A DNA stretch of 32,000 bases from Methanococcus maripaludis (GTDB taxonomy: Archaea; AGJL01; Methanococci; Methanococcales; Methanococcaceae). The notes under the pieces are model-generated. The model was not told the origin of the DNA, did no database searches, and was given only the letters and a program-made list of their open reading frames with translations. The stretch lies in the NCBI RefSeq assembly GCF_002945325.1, contig NZ_CP026606.1, forward strand, positions 120,001 to 152,000. Reading direction: 5' to 3'. The translations under genes and the position numbers were made by a program. Each line of letters begins with the position of its first letter. Within the stretch, counting starts at the first letter, position 1. This document shows, in pieces, positions 1 to 8,133 of this stretch.

Positions 1-795
1 AAGTAAATACCGTATTCGTTGTTTTCATTTGTATTGTTTGTAATGACGTTATTGTTTGAAGAAGTCACTAAACTAATACCAGTTCCCCTTTCAATATATC
101 CATTATTGTTTGCAGTATTGTTTGTAATCGTATTTTTTGAAGACTCTTCTAATGAAATACCTTCATACCCATTTCCTGTTGCATTATTGTTTGTTATGGT
201 GTTGTTTGAGGATTCAACTAAGTAAATACCGTATTCGTTGTTTTCATTTGCGGTATTGCCTGTTATGGTGTTGTTTGAAGAACCCCCTAAGAAAATACCA
301 TCATAAAGGTTTCCTGTTGCATTATTGCTTGTTATGGTGTTGTTTGAGGAATAATCTAAAGAAATACCATTATTATTATCGTATGCAGTATTGTTTGTTA
401 CGGTGTTGTTTGAGGACTCAATTAAGTAAATACCCTCATTATTTCCTGTTGCATTATTGTTTGTAATGACGTTATTGTTTGAAGAAGTCACTAAACTAAT
501 ACCATTTCCCCCTTCAATATATCCATTATTGTTTACTGTATTGTATGTAATGACGTTATTGTTTGAAGACTTTTCTAATAAAATACCATCATTCTCATTT
601 CCATTTGCAGTATTGTTTGTTACGGTGTTGTCTGAAGAACTCCATAAATAAATACCCCACATATTTCCATTTGCAGTATTGTTTGTTACGGTGTTGTTTG
701 AGGAATCAGCTAAGTAAATACCTGGAAATTCATTTTCATATGCAGTGTTGTTTTCAATTCTGCTATCTGTAGTATTAATTAAAAAAATACCGCAT
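1..795 (-). repeat. In-frame tandem coding repeats (66-84 nt units) with a higher-order structure, lying inside the beta-helix protein gene.
   Basis: An exact 31-nt duplicate occurs at 1-31 and 220-250 (offset 219 nt). Positions 33-120 and 456-543 are about 84/88 identical (offset 423 nt). Both offsets are multiples of 3. Confidence 0.85.
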
Positions 796-1100
796 TCAAA
801 ACCCGTTACTGTAACGTTTTCGATTGTGATATTTGTAACTCCTGTAGCATTGATACCGAAATATATACTACCACTTCCATTCAAGACATATCCATTTCCA
901 TTAAGTACGACATCGTCACAAGTAATGGTTATAACATCTCCACTGCCGTATGTAATATTATTGTTTAGATAATATGTTCCGGACTCGTTGATTTCATACA
1001 CGGTCGTTATCGGAGTACCTGTCTGAGCAGATACTGCGGAAATAACTGCCAAAAATACAATTAACGATAAAACAACAGTTTTAAAGTCTAATTTTTTCAT
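1..1100 (-). CDS. Secreted right-handed parallel beta-helix repeat (PbH1/NosD-like) surface protein. N-terminal 366 codons only; the gene continues past the left window edge.
   Basis: Manual reverse-complement translation from ATG (CAT at 1098-1100) gives MKKLDFKTVVLSLIVFLAVISAVSAQTGTPITTVYEINESGTYYLNNNITYGSGDVITITCDDVVLNGNGYVLNGSGSIYFGINATGVTNITIENVTVTGFECGIFLINTTDSRIENNTAYENEFPGIYLADSSNNTVTNNTANGN... I found no stop down to position 1. The N-terminus is a signal-peptide-like hydrophobic segment ending in AxA. At least 11 units of roughly 22-28 aa follow, of the type GIYLxxSSNNTxTNNTAxxN. The ORF is absent from the track, presumably because it has no stop codon in the window. Confidence 0.8.
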   Translation of the reverse strand, partial: MKKLDFKTVVLSLIVFLAVISAVSAQTGTPITTVYEINESGTYYLNNNITYGSGDVITITCDDVVLNGNGYVLNGSGSIYFGINATGVTNITIENVTVTGFECGIFLINTTDSRIENNTAYENEFPGIYLADSSNNTVTNNTANGNMWGIYLWSSSDNTVTNNTANGNENDGILLEKSSNNNVITYNTVNNNGYIEGGNGISLVTSSNNNVITNNNATGNNEGIYLIESSNNTVTNNTAYDNNNGISLDYSSNNTITSNNATGNLYDGIFLGGSSNNTITGNTANENNEYGIYLVESSNNTITNNNATGNGYEGISLEESSKNTITNNTANNNGYIERGTGISLVTSSNNNVITNNTNENNEYGIY

Positions 1101-1263
1101 AATTTCCCCCGTTTTTTTTGAATATATCATTATAAATAACTTTAAAATGATTATCTACAAGATTTTGGAAAAAGCCCATAAAAAACTAAAAATTGATTTT
1201 TGTAGATATTATAAAGAATAAATTTTATTATTTATTAACCTATCTAAAACGTTTTTTTTTAGA

Positions 1264-1274
1264 TGGGATACCCA
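1264..1274 (-). repeat. Copy A of the short GC-rich motif TGGGTATCCCA.
   Basis: The plus strand reads tgggataccca, so the minus strand reads TGGGTATCCCA. It lies in the 650-nt divergent intergenic region. Confidence 0.6.
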
Positions 1275-1507
1275 TTCACGTACATTAATTTTCAAAAGAA
1301 CGCTATTATTCGGAGGATACGAAGAGTTTTCATTTAAAACCCTAGCTATACCAGAACCACTTAGAATACGATAGCAGAAAAAATGAAAAATATTGACATT
1401 GAAAATTACTAAAACTTAATTTTAAAAAAGAACAAATTTAAAAAATCATTTTTTATCGGATCAAAATCGATATTTGAATATTAGTTTTAAAGTTACGTTG
1501 TTTTTTA

Positions 1508-1518
1508 GGGGTATCCCA
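1508..1518 (+). repeat. Copy B of the motif GGGGTATCCCA.
   Basis: It is an exact 11-mer match to copy C at 10330-10340 and lies in inverted orientation relative to copy A. Confidence 0.6.
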
Positions 1519-1786
1519 TATCCATTTTTAAAAAAACCCTGTAATCGAATATATTTACTAAATTGACAGTTTCCGTGTCTTTTTTGATATTTAATATAAA
1601 TACTTAACTCAATAAGTATATAAAGTATGGTTTAGAAATTTAAGGTATAAATTATAGGCACTATTAAATTCGAATTTGGAAATATTTTTAAAATTATTCT
1701 GCTTTTAAGACTTATTTTTAAAAAAACAGTCTTTTAAAATTCATAATTCATATTTGATAAAGTATTGTCGACTTAAGAGGGATTAT

Positions 1787-2956
1787 ATGGATGAACCTAT
1801 TATCCAAGTAACAGAATTATACAAAATTTTTGGTAAAAAGCCAGAAAAAGCCTATCCTTTAATTAAAGAAGGTTTTTCTAGACAAGAAATAAAAGAAAAA
1901 ACAAAACAGGTTGTTGGACTTAAAAATATTAATTTCGACGTTAAACGAGGAGAAATCTTTGTAATCATGGGACTTTCTGGAAGTGGAAAATCTACGCTGA
2001 TAAGGTGTATTAACAGGCTTATCAAACCCACATTTGGAAAAATAGTTCTTGAAACTGGTGCAGATATTTCACAAATGTCTGAAAAAGAACTGCTCGAAAT
2101 TAGAAGAAAATATTTTGGAATGGTTTTTCAAAAATTTGGACTTTTACCAAACCGTTCAGTTTTAGAAAATGTGGCTCTCGGTCTTGAAATTCAGGGAATG
2201 GGCCTTGAAGAAAGAATTGAAAAGTCAGAAAAGGCGCTTTCTCTCGTTGGACTCAAAGGCTGGGAAAAAAGTAAAATTTCAGAATTAAGTGGCGGAATGC
2301 AACAGCGTGTTGGGCTTGCAAGAGGTCTTGCAGTAAACCCTGAAATATTATTAATGGATGAACCATTCAGTGCGCTTGATCCTTTAATCAGGCTTGAAAT
2401 GCAGGAACTTCTTTTAAAAATTCAGAAAAAGATGAAAAAAACAATTATATTCATAACTCACGATCTAAACGAAGCAATCAAACTTGGCGACAGGATTATG
2501 ATTTTAAATGAAGAAGGAAGTCTTGTTCAGTTGTCACACCCTGAAGAAATTCTTTTAAATCCTCAAAATGATTTTGTCGAGTCTTTTGTAAAAGAAGTGG
2601 ACAAAACAACAGTAATTCGAGCTGAATCGCTCGTTAAAAAACCGGAATTTACACTGAATAATACTATCGAAAAAGAGAATGCAGTTAAAATTTTAGGCGA
2701 GTTAAACCTTGATTTTGCATACGTACTCGACGATTCTGGAAAATACATTGGAGTTGTGAATAACGAGGAACTTCAAAATTCAGAAAAAATTATGGATTGT
2801 ATTCATAAAATTAAACCTTTAGAAGATGTAAAAACCATTAATCAGGGATTACCTCAATTTATTTCTTCAGATTACCCTGTTCCGATAGTAGATGATGAAA
2901 ACAACTTTTTAGGATATGTCGAATTTGAAGAAGTAATTAAACTTATAAAAGAATAA
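1787..2956 (+). CDS. proV: Glycine betaine/proline-type ABC transporter ATP-binding protein with a C-terminal tandem CBS module.
   Basis: Walker A GLSGSGKST, signature LSGGMQQRVGLARGL and Walker B LLMDEPFSALD are all present, plus a roughly 120-aa CBS-like tail. I prefer the ATG at 1787 (MDEPIIQVTELYKIFG), which is preceded by AGAGGG at a 5-6 nt spacing. The track's TTG at 1754 is less likely. Confidence 0.85.
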   Translation: MDEPIIQVTELYKIFGKKPEKAYPLIKEGFSRQEIKEKTKQVVGLKNINFDVKRGEIFVIMGLSGSGKSTLIRCINRLIKPTFGKIVLETGADISQMSEKELLEIRRKYFGMVFQKFGLLPNRSVLENVALGLEIQGMGLEERIEKSEKALSLVGLKGWEKSKISELSGGMQQRVGLARGLAVNPEILLMDEPFSALDPLIRLEMQELLLKIQKKMKKTIIFITHDLNEAIKLGDRIMILNEEGSLVQLSHPEEILLNPQNDFVESFVKEVDKTTVIRAESLVKKPEFTLNNTIEKENAVKILGELNLDFAYVLDDSGKYIGVVNNEELQNSEKIMDCIHKIKPLEDVKTINQGLPQFISSDYPVPIVDDENNFLGYVEFEEVIKLIKE

Positions 2957-2960
2957 GAGC

Positions 2961-3803
2961 GTGATTTTGTTGGCAGATACGTTTAATCTTGGAATTGGAA
3001 AATTTTTAGTAAATTTAATAGACTTTTTAATTGATAACTACTCGGGATTTTTTGATCTCATTTCTTATGTAATTCAAAGCGGTGTTGATTTCTTTCACAT
3101 CCTGCTTTTTTCAATAAATCCTTATTTGATGATATTGCTGATCGCAGTAATTGTTTGGAAAACAGTTAATCTGAAATCTATGCTGTATTCAGTATTTTTC
3201 CTAGTTATTATCGTGATGATGGGCCTTTGGGATACTTCAATGATTACCCTATCACTGATAATCACATCCACATTGATTGCCCTTTTACTTGGAATTCCTT
3301 TGGGAATTGTAAAAGCGCGTTCAAAACTAGTAAGTACGCTGCTCGATCCAATGCTCGATGTAATGCAGACACTCCCCTCATTAGCATATTTGATTCCAGC
3401 AGTGTTATTCTTTGGAATCGGGGAAGTTCCAGGAGTTATTGCAACAGTAATCTTTGCAATGCCTCCTGCAATAAAACTTACGGCACTTGGCATTGAGCAG
3501 GTATCTAACGAACTAATTGAAGTTGGAAGGGCCTTTGGAGGTACTTCTTGGCAGATATTAACAAAAATAGAACTGCCAACAGCAGTTCCTTCAATAATGA
3601 TGGGCGTAAATCAGGCAATCATGCTATCATTCTCAATGGTAGTTATTGCCGGATTTATCGGCTCGGGCGGGTTAGGTGAGGTTATAATTTCAGGTATCCA
3701 GCGATATAGTTTAGCACCTGCTCTCGAAGCAGGTATTGCAGTTACATTTCTTGCGGTAATTTTTGACAGGATTACCCGTAACCTCGTGGGATCTAAAATT
3801 TAA
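2961..3803 (+). CDS. proW: Glycine betaine/proline ABC transporter permease.
   Basis: This is a multi-TM protein with a BPD-transporter EAA-like loop (ELIEVGRAFGGTSWQILTKIELP). It starts 4 nt after the proV stop and uses a GTG start. Confidence 0.8.
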   Translation: MILLADTFNLGIGKFLVNLIDFLIDNYSGFFDLISYVIQSGVDFFHILLFSINPYLMILLIAVIVWKTVNLKSMLYSVFFLVIIVMMGLWDTSMITLSLIITSTLIALLLGIPLGIVKARSKLVSTLLDPMLDVMQTLPSLAYLIPAVLFFGIGEVPGVIATVIFAMPPAIKLTALGIEQVSNELIEVGRAFGGTSWQILTKIELPTAVPSIMMGVNQAIMLSFSMVVIAGFIGSGGLGEVIISGIQRYSLAPALEAGIAVTFLAVIFDRITRNLVGSKI

Positions 3804-3818
3804 TAAAAAGGTGAATTT

Positions 3819-4706
3819 ATGAAATATGGAACGTTATTTGCCATTGCCCTTTTGGGTTTGGCAGTCATGTTTTCAGGATGCGTCCAATCTCCCCAAAGTA
3901 CGGACGACACTGAAAAAGGCACTATAAAATTTGGACTTCCCCCTTGGCCGGGAGTTACAGTTAAATCCAATGTTGTAAAAGTCATTCTTGAAGAGCAAGG
4001 ATACAATGTTGAACTAAACCAGCTTGATGCAGGAATTACTTACGCAAAACTTGCAGATGGCGACCTTGATGTATCACTTGCAGGATGGCTGCCAACAACT
4101 CATGAAGAATACTGGACTCAGTATGGAAACCAGCTTGAAATGGTTCATGTAAATGTTGGAAAAACTGCACTCGGTCTTGCAGTTCCTACCTACACATATG
4201 AAGCAGGAATACAGTCAATTACTGACTTAAACGGTAATGAAGAATTATTCGATGGAAAAATTATTGGAATTGAACCCGGTGCTGGAATTATGTCTAACAC
4301 TGAAAAAGCTATTGATTCATACAGCTTATCAGGTTATGAATTGCAGTCAAGCAGTACCCCTGCAATGATGGCAGAACTTGCACGTGCAATTAATGAAGAT
4401 GAAAACATTGTAGTTACCGTTTGGGAACCCCACTCAGTTTTCTTTAAATTCGACATAAAAATGTTGGATGACCCTGAAAAAGTATATGGTAATGGTGACA
4501 AAGTATACACTATTGCAAGAACTGACTTTAAAGATGATTATCCTGAAGTATACGAATTCTTCCAGAAATTCGAAGTAGATCCAAGCGTTCAGAGCGAATG
4601 GATATACAAATACAGTGACGAAGGAATGGATCCAGAAGAAGTTGCAGAAGAATGGGTTGCAAATAACCCTGAACTTGTAGCAAACTGGACTTCACACATG
4701 AACTAA
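3819..4706 (+). CDS. proX: Glycine betaine-type substrate-binding protein, lipoprotein-like.
   Basis: AGGTGA lies 5 nt upstream of the ATG. The N-terminus MKYGTLFAIALLGLAVMFSGC resembles a signal peptide plus lipobox. OpuAC-like Trp-rich motifs are present (LPPWPGV, AGWLPTTHEEYW). Confidence 0.8.
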   Translation: MKYGTLFAIALLGLAVMFSGCVQSPQSTDDTEKGTIKFGLPPWPGVTVKSNVVKVILEEQGYNVELNQLDAGITYAKLADGDLDVSLAGWLPTTHEEYWTQYGNQLEMVHVNVGKTALGLAVPTYTYEAGIQSITDLNGNEELFDGKIIGIEPGAGIMSNTEKAIDSYSLSGYELQSSSTPAMMAELARAINEDENIVVTVWEPHSVFFKFDIKMLDDPEKVYGNGDKVYTIARTDFKDDYPEVYEFFQKFEVDPSVQSEWIYKYSDEGMDPEEVAEEWVANNPELVANWTSHMN

Positions 4707-4725
4707 ATATCATTTATAAAACTTC

Positions 4726-4734
4726 TTTTTTTTT
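4726..4734 (+). terminator. Oligo-T tract (T9) downstream of proX.
   Basis: The tract cttTTTTTTTTTg begins 20 nt after the proX stop. Archaeal RNA polymerase terminates at oligo-T. Confidence 0.5.
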
Positions 4735-4878
4735 GAAAATTTTAAAAAAATTATTTTTAAATGTTTTTCAAATTTTTTTTCGAAAAACCTTATATCTGCT
4801 AAATTCATATTTTTGAGATAATATTGATAAAAAACTTAAATTGGATTTAAAACAATTTAAAAATCTCTGGTGTTTAAA

Positions 4879-6282
4879 ATGAAATCAGAAAACTATTCAA
4901 AAAATGACCTCGAAAAATGGGATAAAGAATATGTTTGGCACCCTTTTACCCAGATGAAGGAGTATAGGGAAGGAAAACCGCTTTTAATTGAAAGTGGAGA
5001 AGGAATTTATTTAATTGACGTTGACGGCAAAAAATACATGGATGCGGTTTCATCAGTCTGGTGCAACTTTTTTGGACATTCTGAAAAACGAATAGCTGAT
5101 GCGATTTCAAAACAAGCACTAAATATCGGACATTCGACACAGCTTGGTTGTGGAAATGTTCCGTCCGCAATTTTGGCAAAAAGATATGTTGATTTTTCAC
5201 CAGAACAGTTCACAAAAGTATTTTTTTCAGAAGATGGTGCAGAAGCTATTGAAATTGCCGTAAAAATGGCTTTTGAATACTGTAAATTAAAAGGATTTAC
5301 AAATAAAATAAAATTTGTTTCAGTTAAAGAAGGCTACCATGGGGACACCGTCGGTGCAATGAGTGTTGGAGGAAGCGAACTTTTCCACGGCTGTTTTGAA
5401 CCTTTGTTATTTGATGGATACCACGCAAGTGCCCCTTACTGCTACAGGTGTAAATACTGCAACTTTAAAGACACTGACGAAAGAAATAAATTAGGATGCG
5501 AGATGAAGTGTCTAAAAGAAATGGAAGATTTAATCAGGACTAATAAAGACGAGATATTCTGTGTAATTTTAGAAGCTGGTGTCATGGGCTCAGCAGGTAT
5601 GATTCCCTATCCTAAAGGATACATCGAAGGAGTTGCAAAGATCTGTAAAGAGCTTGATATTATATTAATACTTGATGAAATTGCAACTTTTGGAAGACTT
5701 GGAAGGGCATTTTATTCTGATATGGATGAATTAAAAGAATTGGAAAAACCAGATATTTTATGCCTTGGAAAAGGAATTACTGGCGGATATTTACCCCTTG
5801 CACTAACTCTTGCAACCGATGAAATACATGATGCATTTTTGGGAACTTTTGATGAATGTAAACAGCTTTTCCACGGCCACACTTATGCCGGAAACCAGAT
5901 AATATGTGCATCAGCAATTGAAACCTTAAATATTTTGGAAGAAACAAATATCTGTGAAGAAATAAGACCAAACATTAAATTACTGCATGAAAACCTCGAT
6001 AAATTAAAAGAATTCCCTTGTGTTGGAGATATTCGAAAATCAGGATACATGATTGGAATTGAACTTGTAAAAGATAAAGAAACAAAAGAACCATACGATT
6101 ACGGGTACAAAGCAGGGTACAAAGTTGCTGGAAGACTACTCGAAAAAGGAATTTACATCCGTCCGATTGGAAATACGCTGATATTTGTACTTCCATTAAT
6201 AATTAAACCGGAAGAAATTAAAACGCTTACTGAAAAAATTTATGAATCGATTTCTGAACTTTTAAATGAAAAAGTACTTTAA
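4879..6282 (+). CDS. bioA: Class III PLP aminotransferase of the BioA type (adenosylmethionine-8-amino-7-oxononanoate aminotransferase-like).
   Basis: It carries VWHPFTQM near the N-terminus, the LDEIATFGRLG block, the PLP-lysine context LGKGITGGYLPL, and FHGHTYAGN. The ATG at 4879 is preferred over the GTG at 4870. Confidence 0.65.
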   Translation: MKSENYSKNDLEKWDKEYVWHPFTQMKEYREGKPLLIESGEGIYLIDVDGKKYMDAVSSVWCNFFGHSEKRIADAISKQALNIGHSTQLGCGNVPSAILAKRYVDFSPEQFTKVFFSEDGAEAIEIAVKMAFEYCKLKGFTNKIKFVSVKEGYHGDTVGAMSVGGSELFHGCFEPLLFDGYHASAPYCYRCKYCNFKDTDERNKLGCEMKCLKEMEDLIRTNKDEIFCVILEAGVMGSAGMIPYPKGYIEGVAKICKELDIILILDEIATFGRLGRAFYSDMDELKELEKPDILCLGKGITGGYLPLALTLATDEIHDAFLGTFDECKQLFHGHTYAGNQIICASAIETLNILEETNICEEIRPNIKLLHENLDKLKEFPCVGDIRKSGYMIGIELVKDKETKEPYDYGYKAGYKVAGRLLEKGIYIRPIGNTLIFVLPLIIKPEEIKTLTEKIYESISELLNEKVL

Positions 6283-6334
6283 AAAATAAATTTTATTTTT
6301 TTATTTTATTTTTTTAAAATTTTAATGGATTATA

Positions 6335-7501
6335 CTATTCAAAAACTTTTTTTAAGAGCGGTGGCGTTATAACTATCGAAAATGTAACAAATATCAGCGT
6401 TGCTGCAATGAATTTTGAGATATTTTCTTCTAAAATTACGCCTGCAGAAACTGCAATCATTAAATTTATCAGCGCTATTTCTGCTCTTGGAACTGATGCT
6501 GAAGCAAGTTGTATCGATTTTTTAAGACCCCATTTACCAATTAATTTTGCTCCAAGCCCCCACCCTACAAACTTACTCAAAACCCCTACAATTATTAGAA
6601 TTGTAGCAAGAATTAAAGCTTCATGGTTTAAAAATGCGGTTAAATTCAGCCGTGCTCCAGTGTAAATAAAAAATAATGGAATTAAAAATGAATTTCCAAT
6701 TGATTTTATCTCTTTTGCGAGTGATTTACCTTCTGAAGTTTTTGAAAGGATTAATCCTGCCATGAATGCCCCTTCAATTGCAACTTCAAACCAGCTTTCT
6801 GATAAAAATGAAAATAAAAACATCAAAGCAAGAGTAAATGAAAGAACGGTTTTTTCGATATGAAACTTTTCTGCAAAAATTAAGTATTTTTTAATCAATT
6901 TCCATCCCAAATATCCTGTAATAATAAAAAATACCGTAATTTCTGAAATTAGCCCGAGCAAACTTCCAGATCCGACAGCGAGGATAAGAAGGATAAGTCC
7001 TAAAAAATCATCAAGAATACTCGCACTGATTGCAGCGGCCCCCACATCAGTTTTTAAAACTTTTAAATCCATCAAAAGCCTTGCAGTAATTCCAATACTC
7101 GTAGCTGTAAGAATTACTCCGCCAACAATAGATTCTTTGGTAGTGTAACCAAAATAAGATAATGAAATATATCCAAAAATTAAAGGAAACACCGCTCCAA
7201 GTACCGCTGCAACTATTGAGATATTTTCTGTCTTTTTAAGCCGGTGTATATCTATTTCAAGGCCACTTAAAAAAAGTAAAAACATGATTCCAACGGTGGA
7301 TAAAAAGTCAAAAATATCGTTTTCGTGGAGTGTTAAGTGAGAGGAATCAACTATTCCAAAAAATAACAGGTTTCCAAATATTATTCCGATTAGTATCTCT
7401 CCAAATACACTTGGAAAGCCAAACCGCCACATTATTTCGTTTCCAATTTTTCCAAATATAAGGCATACTCCAACAGTAAACAACACCCATGAAATATCCA
7501 C
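6335..7501 (-). CDS. Cation:proton antiporter (CPA2/Kef-NapA type, membrane domain only).
   Basis: The protein is 388 aa and has about 11-12 TM helices with Na_H_exchanger-like composition. Its GTG start is preceded by AGGTG, which overlaps the stop codon of the upstream CBS gene. Confidence 0.75.
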   Translation of the reverse strand: MDISWVLFTVGVCLIFGKIGNEIMWRFGFPSVFGEILIGIIFGNLLFFGIVDSSHLTLHENDIFDFLSTVGIMFLLFLSGLEIDIHRLKKTENISIVAAVLGAVFPLIFGYISLSYFGYTTKESIVGGVILTATSIGITARLLMDLKVLKTDVGAAAISASILDDFLGLILLILAVGSGSLLGLISEITVFFIITGYLGWKLIKKYLIFAEKFHIEKTVLSFTLALMFLFSFLSESWFEVAIEGAFMAGLILSKTSEGKSLAKEIKSIGNSFLIPLFFIYTGARLNLTAFLNHEALILATILIIVGVLSKFVGWGLGAKLIGKWGLKKSIQLASASVPRAEIALINLMIAVSAGVILEENISKFIAATLIFVTFSIVITPPLLKKVFE

Positions 7502-7509
7502 GAAAACAC

Positions 7510-7986
7510 CTAAAAGCAGAGATCAAGAAACTTATTTATCAATATCCTGAGGCTAATTTCACCAATTAACCTATTTTCATCATCAACCACAGCTAAAAGT
7601 TGCAAATTATAATTTTTCATCTTTTCAAGTGCATCTAAAACAGACTTGTTGTGATTTATTTTAATCGCACTTTTTTCCATTACTTCGCTTGCAATTTCTG
7701 CCCCGCCCTGTATTGACATTAAAACCGTTCTAGTTGTTCCAATAAATGTCGAATGCTTTTCAGGAGGCATTATAAAATTAATAACGTCTAAGTAACGAAT
7801 TACCCCGATAAGTTTTCCATCTTCTTTGCAGTTTATTACCCAGACGTGGTGTCTTGTTCTAAGTATCTCCAAAACATCCATGACTGAAGAATCAGTACAT
7901 AAAACCGGCAAGCTATCAATTGGTGGAAGAATATCCTTCAATTTCATTGCATGGTACTTGGCAATTGCCGTTTCAAGTTCTTTCAT
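7510..7986 (-). CDS. CBS-pair domain protein.
   Basis: It contains two CBS-like units (..VMDVLEILRTRHHVWVINCKEDGKLIGVI.. and ..VLDALEKMKNYNLQLLAVVDDENRLIGEIS..). The ATG at 7986 (MKELE) follows GGGGGA. The track's TTG at 7998 is less likely. Confidence 0.75.
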   Translation of the reverse strand: MKELETAIAKYHAMKLKDILPPIDSLPVLCTDSSVMDVLEILRTRHHVWVINCKEDGKLIGVIRYLDVINFIMPPEKHSTFIGTTRTVLMSIQGGAEIASEVMEKSAIKINHNKSVLDALEKMKNYNLQLLAVVDDENRLIGEISLRILINKFLDLCF

Positions 7987-8110
7987 AAAATCCCCCAAAA
8001 TAACTCTAGTATAATTTATGTTTTTTTAAAATAATTAAACTTTTCATTTTAATTTTGAGAATAAAGATATAATTATCAAAACAGAAAAAATTAAAGTTGA
8101 TTTAAAAATT

Positions 8111-8117
8111 AAAAAAA
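8111..8117 (-). terminator. Oligo-T tract (T7 on the minus strand) downstream of ablB.
   Basis: The minus strand reads gttaaTTTTTTTaaTTTTTaaa, beginning 17 nt after the ablB stop. Confidence 0.5.
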
Positions 8118-8133
8118 TTAACGTGTTGGGATG

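Noticed and set aside
1-795. The regular short tandem repeats could be mistaken for a CRISPR array.
   Set aside because: The units are contiguous, with no unique spacers, and their lengths are in frame. They translate into a coherent beta-helix repeat protein. No cas genes are present.
19-972. Five plus-strand track ORFs (19-225, 137-466, 457-651, 563-772, 745-972) encoding Leu/Phe/Cys-rich repetitive peptides.
   Set aside because: They are antisense or off-frame shadows of the minus-strand beta-helix repeat gene, which is open across the whole region, has a signal peptide and shows recognisable domain repeats. They overlap one another in different frames and lack ribosome-binding sites.
1703-1739. 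The inverted repeat AAGACT-N15-AGTCTT, 55-80 nt upstream of proV, considered as a possible operator.
   Set aside because: It has only a 6-bp core in A/T-rich flanks, which is easily produced by chance in this composition. No second copy was seen.
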